Shown here: one piece after another, positions 9,162 to 18,041 of the stretch
How positions within the stretch are numbered: position 1 is the first letter of the stretch
Layout of the letters: each line of letters begins with the position of its first letter
DNA from: Eubacteriales bacterium
GTDB taxonomy: Bacteria > Bacillota > Clostridia > Oscillospirales > CAG-272
NCBI GenBank assembly: GCA_045128515.1
Contig: JBGVRO010000029.1
Span: forward strand, 25,585 to 89,584
Direction: 5' to 3'
Length of the DNA: 64,000 bases
The notes under the pieces: generated by a model
The model's input: only the letters and a program-made list of their open reading frames with translations
Databases searched by the model: none
Told to the model about the DNA's origin: nothing
Translations under genes and position numbers: made by a program

Positions 9162-10478
9162 ATGGCAACTTACAACAAGAAAAACATTGAAGACATCGAC
9201 GTAGCCGGCAAAACCGTGCTGGTTCGTTGCGATTTCAACGTACCTATGAAGGATGGCGTTATTACCTCTGATAAGAGAATTATCGGCGCACTTCCTACTA
9301 TCCAGTATCTTCTCGGCAAGGGCGCAAAGGTTATTCTTTGCTCTCACATGGGCAAGCCCCATGCTATTCTTACCGAGGGCTTCGGTCTTACCAAGAAGGA
9401 GAAGAAGGCTGTTGAGGCTCTTCCTGCAGAGGAGCAGGCAGCTGCTACCGCAGATTACCTTGCAAAGGCTCTCGTTTCTGATAAGAAGAAGCTTACTCTT
9501 AAGCCCGTATGCGTTAGACTTAACGAGCTCCTTGGCGAGGGCACTGTAACCTTCGCAGAGGACATCATCGGTCCTGATGCTAAGGCTAAGGTTGCTGCTC
9601 TCGAGGCAGGCAAGGCTGTTCTTCTTGAGAACACCCGTTTCGATGCTCGCGAGACCAAGAATGGCGCAGATCTTGCAAAGGAACTTGCTTCTTATGCAGA
9701 CATCTTTGTAAACGATGCTTTCGGCGCAGCTCACAGAGCTCATGCTTCTACCGCAGGTGTTGCTGATTACATTCCTGCCGTTTGCGGTTACCTTATTGAG
9801 AAGGAAATTTCCGTAATGGGCAAGGCTCTTCAGAATCCCGAGAGACCCTTCGTTGCAATCCTTGGCGGCGCTAAGGTTGCAGATAAGCTCAACGTTATCG
9901 ATAACCTTCTTACCAAGGTTGATACTCTTATCATCGGTGGTGGTATGGCATATACCTTCAACGCAGCTATGGGTTACGGTGTAGGTAAGTCTCTTCTTGA
10001 TGAGACCAAGATCGACTACTGCAAGGAGATGATGGCTAAGGCGAAGGAGCTTGGCGTAAAGCTTCTTCTTCCCATCGACAACGCAGTTGCAGATAACTTC
10101 CCCAATCCTATCGACGCTCCCATCGAGGTTGAGTACGTTGATTTCGATGCTATTCCTGCTGATAAAGAGGGTATGGACATCGGTCCTAAGACCGCTGCTC
10201 TTTATGCAGAGGCTGTTCTTGGCGCAAAGACCGTTGTTTGGAATGGTCCTATGGGCGTATTTGAGAACCCCACTCTTGCAAAGGGTACTATCGCAGTAGC
10301 ACAGGCTCTTGCTGATAGCTCTGCTATCACTATCGTAGGCGGCGGCGACTCTGCAGCAGCGTGCGAGCAGCTTGGCTATGCTTCCAAGATCACTCACATT
10401 TCTACCGGTGGCGGTGCATCTCTTGAGTTCCTTGAGGGTAAGGATCTCCCCGGTATCAGCTGCCTTCTTGACAAGTAA
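9162..10478 (+). CDS. pgk: phosphoglycerate kinase (with an extra insertion after the SHMGKP motif)
   Basis: [12 protein letters not shown]...LCSHMGKP ... GGGMAYTF ... NGPMGVFE ... [13 protein letters not shown]. At 438 aa it is about 35-40 aa longer than the Pgk proteins I remember. Confidence 0.95.
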   Translation: MATYNKKNIEDIDVAGKTVLVRCDFNVPMKDGVITSDKRIIGALPTIQYLLGKGAKVILCSHMGKPHAILTEGFGLTKKEKKAVEALPAEEQAAATADYLAKALVSDKKKLTLKPVCVRLNELLGEGTVTFAEDIIGPDAKAKVAALEAGKAVLLENTRFDARETKNGADLAKELASYADIFVNDAFGAAHRAHASTAGVADYIPAVCGYLIEKEISVMGKALQNPERPFVAILGGAKVADKLNVIDNLLTKVDTLIIGGGMAYTFNAAMGYGVGKSLLDETKIDYCKEMMAKAKELGVKLLLPIDNAVADNFPNPIDAPIEVEYVDFDAIPADKEGMDIGPKTAALYAEAVLGAKTVVWNGPMGVFENPTLAKGTIAVAQALADSSAITIVGGGDSAAACEQLGYASKITHISTGGGASLEFLEGKDLPGISCLLDK

Positions 10479-10491
10479 TTTTCGGCATAAA

Positions 10492-10561
10492 CCGCCGTTC
10501 TCGGGCAGGCTCGACGTAGGTAACTACGCCTTCGACCCGAGAGCGACGCTTTCTGCTCAAA
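10492..10561 (+). repeat. structured intergenic motif, copy 1 (pgk-tpiA spacer)
   Basis: CCGCCGTT ctcgggcagg CTCGACGTA ggtaac TACGCCTTCG acccgagag CGACGCTT. The blocks are shared with the reverse complement of 11447-11515, and the outer stem CTCGGG/CCCGAG covaries with that copy. Confidence 0.6.
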
Positions 10562-10610
10562 AATTCCATTGTCAATATTCTATCAAATACAATAAAAGTA
10601 GGAAAACAAT

Positions 10611-11366
10611 ATGAGAAGAACAGTAATCGCAGGCAACTGGAAGATGAATATGACTCCTGCCGAGACAAAGGCATTCATCACAGAGCTTGCTCCTATGGTA
10701 GAGGGAATGGACAAGTGCGATATCGTGCTTTGCGTTCCTTACGTAGATATTGCTACTGCAGTTGAGGCTGCAAAGGGCACAAATATTAAGATCGGTGCAG
10801 AGAACGTTCACTTTGCACAGAGCGGTGCATATACCGGTGAGATCAGTGCAAAGATGCTTCTTGAGATCGGTACAGAGTACGTTGTAATCGGTCACTCTGA
10901 GAGAAGACAGTACTTCGGCGAGACCGACGAAACCGTTAATCTTCGTACTAAGGCAGCTCTTGCAGCAGGCCTTAAGGTTATACTTTGTCTTGGTGAGGTT
11001 AAGGATGAAAGACTCAACGGAATTACCAATGAAGTGGTTGCAATGCAAACAAAACTTGACCTTTTGGGCATTTCTGCCGAGGAAATGAAGAATGTTATCA
11101 TTGCTTACGAGCCTGTTTGGGCAATTGGAACAGGCCTTACCGCAACACCTGAGCAGGCTGATGAGACCTGTGGTGTGATCCGTGCTACTCTTGCTGAAAT
11201 TTATGGCAGCGAGGTTGCGGAGAGCACTACTATTCAGTACGGTGGCTCTATGAACGATGCTAATGCGGCAGAGCTTCTTGCAAAGGTAAACGTTGATGGC
11301 GGACTTATCGGTGGCGCATCTCTCAAAACCGACAAGTTCTGTGCTATCGTTAAGGCGGCAAACTGA
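10611..11366 (+). CDS. tpiA: triosephosphate isomerase
   Basis: AGNWKMN ... IGHSERR ... AYEPVWAIGTG ... YGGS motifs. Confidence 0.95.
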   Translation: MRRTVIAGNWKMNMTPAETKAFITELAPMVEGMDKCDIVLCVPYVDIATAVEAAKGTNIKIGAENVHFAQSGAYTGEISAKMLLEIGTEYVVIGHSERRQYFGETDETVNLRTKAALAAGLKVILCLGEVKDERLNGITNEVVAMQTKLDLLGISAEEMKNVIIAYEPVWAIGTGLTATPEQADETCGVIRATLAEIYGSEVAESTTIQYGGSMNDANAAELLAKVNVDGGLIGGASLKTDKFCAIVKAAN

Positions 11367-11381
11367 AATTAATAATATTTT

Positions 11382-11423
11382 AAGAGGCTGTCTCAAATGT
11401 AAAATTTGAGACAGCCTCTTTAG
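11382..11423 (+). terminator. rho-independent terminator after tpiA
   Basis: AAGAGGCTGTCTCAAAT ... ATTTGAGACAGCCTCTT 17-bp stem followed by TT. Confidence 0.8.
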
Positions 11424-11446
11424 GTTTGACAAGGGGGATAGGCAGA

Positions 11447-11515
11447 TTTGAGGAAGAAGCGTCGTTTTCCGCCCCGAAGGCGTATTTATATACGTCGAGA
11501 GGAAGGAAACGGCGG
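11447..11515 (-). repeat. structured intergenic motif, copy 2 (3' of the acyltransferase gene, minus-strand orientation)
   Basis: The reverse complement reads CCGCCGTT tccttcct CTCGACGTA tataaa TACGCCTTCG gggcggaaaa CGACGCTT. The conserved blocks and spacing match copy 1. Confidence 0.6.
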
Positions 11516-11661
11516 TAGAAAAAGACCATTAAAATTTAAGAAATCAGTATGATTTCAACCTTATATTGTCTCATTTACGATTCCCTTTGTATTTGTGACG
11601 ATTTTTTATTATTTTCGGTCTTTTTCGGTCTTACCAAATGTGACAGCCCCACGAAAATATG

Positions 11662-12864
11662 TTATGTATTGGTATTATCCTGTCTTATCTGCTCGGTAAG
11701 TTTGTCAAGGAAGCTTACCCATTTTACCGAGTCGTTTTTGTTGGGCTGAGGATAAATATAGATCAGTCTGCCATTGTGATAAATGTCAATATGGTCACCG
11801 GGGGAAATGGGGAATGCGCCAATCTTGTCGGACTGAATACTAAACTCGATTTCCTCGCCGTGGAGTTTACCCGACAGGCGGAAAATATCCTTGTCCATAT
11901 ATACCTGACCCTCACCTGCACCAGGATCCATAAATCCGTCCTCACCGCAGCATCCAAGTTTTGCCTTGGTCTCGAGATGTTTGTTTTCAACGTCAATAGA
12001 TGCTTGCTGCCATTCAAACCATTCGTTTATACGGCTGAAGGGTGCTCCGTGAAGCCTGTACTCGTTGTCAAGCGTTGCATCAAGTCCGCATTCGCATCTG
12101 ATGTGATTGCCATCGGATGTGATCTTATCCTCCGCGTGACATACAGGACATTTAAAGAGTATTTTTTCTACGCCCTCTGCCATGGTTTTGCTCTTGTATT
12201 CGACGTCAGCCATTGCAAGCTCGTCATCGTGGAGAACGGTCTTTTCGGTAATCTCCTGAATTTCCGAAATGCTCAATCTATTAACCTCGTCAGAGGTCAT
12301 AACCTGCTTGAGTGTACAATGGATCTTTCCGATTCGGTCATCACCCTTGTTACGCCATTTTGGGAAGGTAAGATATGCTCCGTTTGCCTTCCAAGCATAT
12401 ACGTTGACACCCAGCTTTTTGATCAGCTCTGCAGTTCCGTCCGCAATGGGCAGGGTGTGTCCGTAGCAGGACTGTCTGCCTTCGGCAAAGATGACTATAA
12501 CCGCATTTTCCTTTTTAGCGCGAAGGATGTTCATTATGGTGGAAACGTCGGGTGTGAACATTTTCTTGCTGATAACGTGCATAAGCTTCAGCAATCCTGC
12601 GGTATCACGCTTGTGCAAAAAGTGCTCGCTGACAACATAGGTTGGGCGAATTGGATATAGCGTCATGCCTGACAGAATGTGGTCCTGATCCGATGTGTGT
12701 GTGGCAAGCACGATTGCAGGTCCCTTGATGTCCTTAACAATCTTTTTGTCAAAGGTTATGCGATATTTTATCCTATAATAGGTTCCGAGGGTGGCGTACA
12801 AAGCACCGTAGAGCAGGGGATTGACCTTGCCTATCTGCTTCTTGTTCTTTTTGTTTTGAGCCAT
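11662..12864 (-). CDS. lysophospholipid (1-acyl-sn-glycerol-3-phosphate) acyltransferase family protein with a C-terminal zinc-ribbon-like region
   Basis: ORF 11662..12948. I prefer the ATG at 12864 (MAQNKKNKK), preceded by GGAGGA. Contains the HxxxxD motif (HTSDQD) and FKCPVCHAEDKITSDGNHIRCECG. Confidence 0.8.
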   Translation of the reverse strand: MAQNKKNKKQIGKVNPLLYGALYATLGTYYRIKYRITFDKKIVKDIKGPAIVLATHTSDQDHILSGMTLYPIRPTYVVSEHFLHKRDTAGLLKLMHVISKKMFTPDVSTIMNILRAKKENAVIVIFAEGRQSCYGHTLPIADGTAELIKKLGVNVYAWKANGAYLTFPKWRNKGDDRIGKIHCTLKQVMTSDEVNRLSISEIQEITEKTVLHDDELAMADVEYKSKTMAEGVEKILFKCPVCHAEDKITSDGNHIRCECGLDATLDNEYRLHGAPFSRINEWFEWQQASIDVENKHLETKAKLGCCGEDGFMDPGAGEGQVYMDKDIFRLSGKLHGEEIEFSIQSDKIGAFPISPGDHIDIYHNGRLIYIYPQPNKNDSVKWVSFLDKLTEQIRQDNTNT

Positions 12865-13052
12865 GTTGATCCTCCGAAATGTCGGTAAATAACAATCGTT
12901 TTTTGTCATTATACCATAAATTAACTTAAAAGTAAAGTAAAAAAGCAAAAAAGCGTGAATTAATACGTGCGGAGTCCTATCGGTACTGTAAATTAATGCT
13001 GAATTTGACGTATTTTGTGATAATAAGCGACCGCATATTTTTTATAAAGGTA

Positions 13053-13081
13053 TTGACAAGATTTTGTTTTTATGTTAAAAT
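13053..13081 (+). promoter_or_regulatory. sigma-A type promoter of the proS leader
   Basis: TTGACA (13053-13058), 17-nt spacer, TAAAAT (13076-13081). Confidence 0.7.
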
Positions 13082-13100
13082 ACAAAAAAATAAACATTTA

Positions 13101-13355
13101 AAGGCTATGACAAGAAATAGTAGGCATTTTCGATGCTACAGAGAGAGGGCGGTTGGTGCGAGCCCTTGCGGAAGGAATGTTGAACCCGTCTTTGAGCCGC
13201 AAGCCGAACCTTAGTAAGCTTTGCCGGGGGTCTCCCGTTACAGAGATAGGTATTGTTTCAATACCGATAAGTGCGGATTTTATCCGAATTTAGGTGGTAC
13301 CACGGGCTAATTGCTCGTCCTAAACTGATTTTTGATCGGTTTAGGTTTTTTTGTT
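13101..13355 (+). promoter_or_regulatory. T-box riboswitch leader (tRNA-Pro sensing) with terminator
   Basis: Stem I AGAGAG...GGTGCGA element. The conserved T-box sequence AATTTAGGTGGTACCACGGG lies at 13288-13307. Terminator hairpin CCTAAACTGAT...ATCGGTTTAGG plus T-run lies at 13319-13352. A CCU (Pro) triplet lies in GAACCUUAG, and proS follows. Confidence 0.85.
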
Positions 13356-13395
13356 TTTTATTAAAATTTATCATAAACGTAGATGGAGGTCTATT

Positions 13396-15114
13396 ATGAA
13401 ACTGGAAAAGCTCGTTGGCGAAAGATTTAAGGAAAAGCCCTCGGATTGTGTGGTTGAGAGCCACGCGTTAATGGTAAGAGGCGGATACATGAAGTACGTT
13501 GCAAACGGTATCTTCTCGTCCTACACCCCTCTTAAGCGTATTACTAAGAAAATTGAAAATATTCTTCGTGAGGAGATGGATGCGATCGACGGTCAGGAGG
13601 TTAGCTTCCCCGTAGTAATGCCTGCATCTATTTGGCAGGAGTCGGGCAGATATGACAGCATCGGCAAGGAGCTCGTTCGTTTTAATGACAGAAACGGTAG
13701 CCCCGTTGTTCTCGGTATGACACACGAGGAGGCTGCAGTTCAGCTCGTTCGTGAGTACGGTCAGAGCTATGTAAAGTATCCCTTTATGATCTATCAGATC
13801 CAGACCAAGTTCCGTGATGAAGCACGTCCCAAGTCGGGTCTTATCCGTGTTCGTGAGTTCACAATGAAGGATGCCTATTCCTTCCATACAAGCCAGGAGG
13901 ATCTTGAGCAGTATTACGATAAGTGCCACAAGGCATACGAGCGTATTTTTGCAAGAGCGGGTATTCCCGAGGTTGTTTCGGTTGCATCCGACTCGGGTAT
14001 GATGGGTGGTAGCATCTCTCACGAGTTTATGCTTCTTACCGATATCGGTGAGGATTCTATCGTTATTTGTCCCGAGTGTAATTACCGCGCTAATATGGAG
14101 GCGGCTGCCAACATTACCGAAAACAACCGTGCAGAGGTTTCCGAGGAGCTTAAGAAGGTGCTTACACCTAACGCTCATTCTATTGAGGAGGTTTGTTCCT
14201 TCCTTAACTGCGATGAGAAGTCTTCTTGCAAGGCTGTTGTATATCAGCGTAACTCCGACGATAAGTACGTTGTTCTCTTCCTTCGCGGTGACCTTGAGGT
14301 TAACGAGACCAAGCTTACCAACTATCTTGGCTTTGATATTCATCCCGGTATCGTTACTATTGATTCCGGATTAAGCGCAGGAAACATCGGCCCCGTTGGT
14401 CTTGAGGGCGATTTCATCGTTCTCTACGATAGCTCTCTTAAGGGTATGAACAACCTTGTTTGCGGCGCAAATGAGAGCGAGTACCACTTCACAGGTCTTG
14501 ATATGGACAGAGACGTTCCCTCTGCTGAGTTCCATGATTTTGCAAAGATTCAGGTTGGTGGCATCTGCCCCTGTTGCGGCAAGAAGGCTATTACTATTTC
14601 TCGCGGTATCGAGGTAGGTAACATCTTCCAGCTTGGTACAAAGTACACCAAGTCTATGGGTATGATCTATACCGACTCCGAGGGTAATACACAGCATCCT
14701 ATCATGGGCTGCTACGGTATCGGTGTCGGCAGACTTGCAGCTGCAATTTGCGAGGTTCACCACGATGATTACGGTCCTATCTGGCCTATTTCCATTGCTC
14801 CCTGGCAGGTTCACCTTTGCGCCGTTCGTTCTGATGATGCAGAGGTAAAGGCATATGCAGATAAGCTTTACGACGAGCTTAAGAGCCGCGGTGTTGAGGT
14901 TATCTATGACGACAGAAACATCAGCGCAGGTGTTATGTTCTCTGATGCCGATCTTCTCGGTGTTCCTTACAGAGTGATCGTAAGCCCCAGAAATATGAAG
15001 CAGAATATCGTTGAGATATCCTCCAGAGATAAGAGCTTCAAGGCAACCGCATCTGTTGACGAGGCAGCAGGCGATATTGCCAAGATCGTTTTCGACGCAT
15101 TACACAGCATCTGA
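13396..15114 (+). CDS. proS: proline--tRNA ligase (bacterial type with INS editing domain)
   Basis: ORF 13351..15114. The ATG at 13396 (MKLEKLVGERFKEKP) lies 5 nt after GGAGG and downstream of the T-box terminator. Class II aaRS motifs are present (FRDEARPKSGLIRVREFTMKDAYSF, GCYGIGVGRL). Confidence 0.95.
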   Translation: MKLEKLVGERFKEKPSDCVVESHALMVRGGYMKYVANGIFSSYTPLKRITKKIENILREEMDAIDGQEVSFPVVMPASIWQESGRYDSIGKELVRFNDRNGSPVVLGMTHEEAAVQLVREYGQSYVKYPFMIYQIQTKFRDEARPKSGLIRVREFTMKDAYSFHTSQEDLEQYYDKCHKAYERIFARAGIPEVVSVASDSGMMGGSISHEFMLLTDIGEDSIVICPECNYRANMEAAANITENNRAEVSEELKKVLTPNAHSIEEVCSFLNCDEKSSCKAVVYQRNSDDKYVVLFLRGDLEVNETKLTNYLGFDIHPGIVTIDSGLSAGNIGPVGLEGDFIVLYDSSLKGMNNLVCGANESEYHFTGLDMDRDVPSAEFHDFAKIQVGGICPCCGKKAITISRGIEVGNIFQLGTKYTKSMGMIYTDSEGNTQHPIMGCYGIGVGRLAAAICEVHHDDYGPIWPISIAPWQVHLCAVRSDDAEVKAYADKLYDELKSRGVEVIYDDRNISAGVMFSDADLLGVPYRVIVSPRNMKQNIVEISSRDKSFKATASVDEAAGDIAKIVFDALHSI

Positions 15115-15129
15115 TAATAAAATAAAAAA

Positions 15130-15168
15130 ACTGATGAGGGAAAGAAATTGAACTCATCAGCTTTTTTG
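15130..15168 (+). terminator. rho-independent terminator after proS
   Basis: CTGATGAG ... CTCATCAG stem followed by CTTTTTTG. Confidence 0.75.
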
Positions 15169-15234
15169 TCAATAAACATTGCTTTTTGACGGCCTGTGTG
15201 ATATAATAGCATCAAAATATGAAAGGGAAATACT

Positions 15235-16629
15235 ATGAAAAAAACATTAACCAAACGCAAAATGATCCGTTATTGCCTTTCCGATATTGCGAAGGGTCTG
15301 TTTAACGGTATGATAGGCAACTATCTTCTTTATTTCTTCCAGCCTACCGTTAAAAGCGGCTTGCCTAATCTTCTTCCACAGAACAAACTTCTTGGCTTTA
15401 TCACCGTAATGGCACTTATTACAGGCCTCGGTAAGGTTATTGATGCTATTACAGACCCATGGGTTGCAAGTCTTTCCGACAAATGCACTCATAAGGAAGG
15501 TCGCAGAATGCCCTTCCTTAAATACTCGGCAGTTCCTTATGCGGTATCTGTGCTTATGATATTTATGGCCCCCTTTAAGCAGGGCTCGATTGCAAATGCC
15601 ATCTGGGTAGGCTTCTTCCTTATCGCCTATTACACCTCGTATACCTTCTTCTTTATCCCTCGTAACGCGCTTGTGCCCGAGGTAATTACCGATTCCAAGG
15701 ATAGAGTAGGATATTACGGCATCAGCACAGCCTTCTTTATGGGTTCAAGCTCCTTTATGTATGCGGCAACACTCTTTGTTAATCTTATCAAGGGACTCGG
15801 TGTGGATGCACTCGGTGCGTGGAGAATCGTATTTACCGTTTTTGCGGTAATCGGTCTTGCTTGTGTGCTCCTTGGTGCAACCGCATTTGATGAGAAGGAT
15901 TATGTTGAGTCGAGTGTAAAGCCTCGTCAGTCGCTTCTTTCCTCTGCAAAGACTATTTTCAAGAATAAGAGCTTTGTAACCTTCTTTGCAGGCGATCTCT
16001 TCAGCTATATTTCTATGGCGTTCTTCCAGACCGCAATGCTATATTATATCACTATGCTTCTTAACGTTCCCGAGTCGCAGTCATTCCTTGTAATGATCTC
16101 GGCAATAGGTGTTGCTCTCTGCCTTTTCCCTATGATTGTAAAGTTTAGTAAGCAATATGGCAAGAAAACCATGCTTGTAATCGCAAGCGTGATCTTTACT
16201 ATCGTATTTGCATTTATCTTCTTTGCTGACAAAATTGCGACCCTTGTTGTAGGATACGAGCTTGTTCTCGGCCTTTGTATGGGTGTTGTAGTTGCATTCC
16301 CCTTTGCGGCAATCAACATTCTTCCTCAGTCCTGTATGTCAGATATTATTCAGAAGGATAGCATTGAAAACGGTGTTAACCGCGAGGGCTTCTTCTCTGC
16401 GACCAAGACATTTATAGAGAAGATTGCTTACTCTCTTGCAATGGTGGTTGTTTCGAGCGTTCTTACAATCGGAGCAGGTGAGGGTGAGTCTGTTGGCATG
16501 CTCGGTGTAAAGCTTACCGGTGTATTTGCAGGTATCTTCAGCCTTGTGTCCTTGATCTTCTTTATGATTTATAATGAGAAGGGCGTTACCGCCTTTATTG
16601 AGGAGCACAGAAAGGAAGAGAAGGTTTAA
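15235..16629 (+). CDS. MFS transporter, glycoside-pentoside-hexuronide (GPH) cation symporter family
   Basis: About 12 TM segments, with the GPH-type loop GKVIDAITDPWVASLSDK. Confidence 0.85.
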   Translation: MKKTLTKRKMIRYCLSDIAKGLFNGMIGNYLLYFFQPTVKSGLPNLLPQNKLLGFITVMALITGLGKVIDAITDPWVASLSDKCTHKEGRRMPFLKYSAVPYAVSVLMIFMAPFKQGSIANAIWVGFFLIAYYTSYTFFFIPRNALVPEVITDSKDRVGYYGISTAFFMGSSSFMYAATLFVNLIKGLGVDALGAWRIVFTVFAVIGLACVLLGATAFDEKDYVESSVKPRQSLLSSAKTIFKNKSFVTFFAGDLFSYISMAFFQTAMLYYITMLLNVPESQSFLVMISAIGVALCLFPMIVKFSKQYGKKTMLVIASVIFTIVFAFIFFADKIATLVVGYELVLGLCMGVVVAFPFAAINILPQSCMSDIIQKDSIENGVNREGFFSATKTFIEKIAYSLAMVVVSSVLTIGAGEGESVGMLGVKLTGVFAGIFSLVSLIFFMIYNEKGVTAFIEEHRKEEKV

Positions 16630-18041
16630 TGAAAAAGAGAATTTTAAAAGATGAGTCCGAGCGACTTGGTGTTTCTCCTGAGAAAAATCAGGAGTATGCA
16701 GCAAAGCTCACTCAGATGATAAACTGCAAAACAGTTTGGACAAAAAACGGTGAAAATCTTGCTGAGTTTCAGCGCTTTTATGCCACGGTAGAAAAGCTTT
16801 TTCCTAATGTTGCTGCAAAGGCAAAGAAGCTTGTGTTCGGTGAGGGCTGCTTCTTCTACGTAATTGAGGGCAGCGATGCTAAAAGAAATATTCTGCTTAT
16901 GTCTCACCACGACGTAGTTGATGGTGGAGAAGGCTGGGACAGTGATCCTTTCTTCGCTACCGAGCGCGACGGATATCTTTACGGTAGAGGTACTATCGAT
17001 ACCAAAACACCTCTTTTTGCCGAGCTTATGGCAGCAGAGGAGCTTTTAGCAGACGGATATGATTTTAATGGCATAAACCTTTACATCGGTTCCTCTAACA
17101 ACGAGGAGGTGGCAGGTGACGGAATGGTTCTTGCTACCGAGTATTTTAAGGCTAACGGTATCAGATTTGATATTGTTCTTGATGAGGGCGGAGCTATCAC
17201 CGAGGGACAGATTCCGGGTGTGAAAAGCAAGAGTGCCGTTGTTGCGGTACACGAAAAGAGCAGACATTACTTCAAGTGTAAATTAGATTCTACCCAGGTT
17301 GGTCACGGTGGATTTGGCAAGGCTGCTGACAGTGCGGCAGAAAATATGAGCCGCTTTATCTCGGAGGTAAAGGCTGCCAAGATTTACAAGGGAAACTTTT
17401 ATCCGGAGGTTAGAGCGACATTTGAGCGCCATGCACCTTATATGTCATTCCCTATGAACCTTTTGTTTGGCAATATGACCCTGTTTTCTCCCATTATCAA
17501 GAAAATTATGATGGGAATTCCCGCAGCAAGTGCTATGCTTTCTACAACAGTTTCCTTTACCACAGTTTTCGCAGGTGATGAAGCGCAGCCTCTTTTCAGA
17601 TCAAAAACTGCCGAGTCGGTTATGTTTATCAGATGCATAAGAGAGGATGATCTTTATCGTGGTCTTGAAAAAATAAAGAAAATTGGCAAAAAGTACGGTG
17701 TTACAATTGAGGAGATCGAACGCGATTACTGTCAGCCTACCGATTTTAACGGTGATGCCTTCCGTCTTGTGGAGAGTGTTCTTAATGACAATTTCCCGGA
17801 CGTGATCGTTGCTCCCTTCCTGCTTACTGCAGGTACGGATGCACGTAGATTTACCGATGTGGCAAATAATATTCTGCGTTTTGCACCTATAGACCTTAAT
17901 AAAAAACAATTTGCAACGATTCATAATCCCAACGAGCATATCGCAATCTCTAATATCGGTCAGTGCGTTGTATTCTATAAGGAATTTGTTAAGCGTACCT
18001 GCAAAAAACAAAATCTCTTCAATAAAGGAAAATTGACATGA
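16629..18041 (+). CDS. M20/M25/M40 family metallo-hydrolase (peptidase/deacylase)
   Basis: MSHHDVV ... GRGTIDTK ... NNEEVAGDG motifs. TAATG overlap with the upstream transporter gene. Confidence 0.8.
   Translation: MKKRILKDESERLGVSPEKNQEYAAKLTQMINCKTVWTKNGENLAEFQRFYATVEKLFPNVAAKAKKLVFGEGCFFYVIEGSDAKRNILLMSHHDVVDGGEGWDSDPFFATERDGYLYGRGTIDTKTPLFAELMAAEELLADGYDFNGINLYIGSSNNEEVAGDGMVLATEYFKANGIRFDIVLDEGGAITEGQIPGVKSKSAVVAVHEKSRHYFKCKLDSTQVGHGGFGKAADSAAENMSRFISEVKAAKIYKGNFYPEVRATFERHAPYMSFPMNLLFGNMTLFSPIIKKIMMGIPAASAMLSTTVSFTTVFAGDEAQPLFRSKTAESVMFIRCIREDDLYRGLEKIKKIGKKYGVTIEEIERDYCQPTDFNGDAFRLVESVLNDNFPDVIVAPFLLTAGTDARRFTDVANNILRFAPIDLNKKQFATIHNPNEHIAISNIGQCVVFYKEFVKRTCKKQNLFNKGKLT

Noticed and set aside
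9123-10397. 424-aa ORF on the minus strand covering almost the whole pgk gene.
   Set aside because: This is a shadow ORF antisense to an unmistakable pgk gene. Its translation is Ser/Cys/Leu-rich and low in complexity, with no RBS. The same reasoning applies to 3582-4343(-), 6315-7085(-), 8437-9045(-), 10572-11432(-), 13468-14343(-), 19190-19846(-), 33745-34395(-), 41152-41727(-), 49333-49845(-) and 57573-58613(+).
11659-12660. 333-aa + strand ORF overlapping the acyltransferase gene.
   Set aside because: The minus-strand frame carries the HxxxxD acyltransferase motif and a GGAGGA RBS. The + frame has no recognisable features.
13195-13215. Exact T-box specifier codon assignment.
   Set aside because: A CCU triplet is present in GAACCUUAG, but I could not fold stem I rigorously by hand. 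Only the downstream proS supports the Pro assignment.
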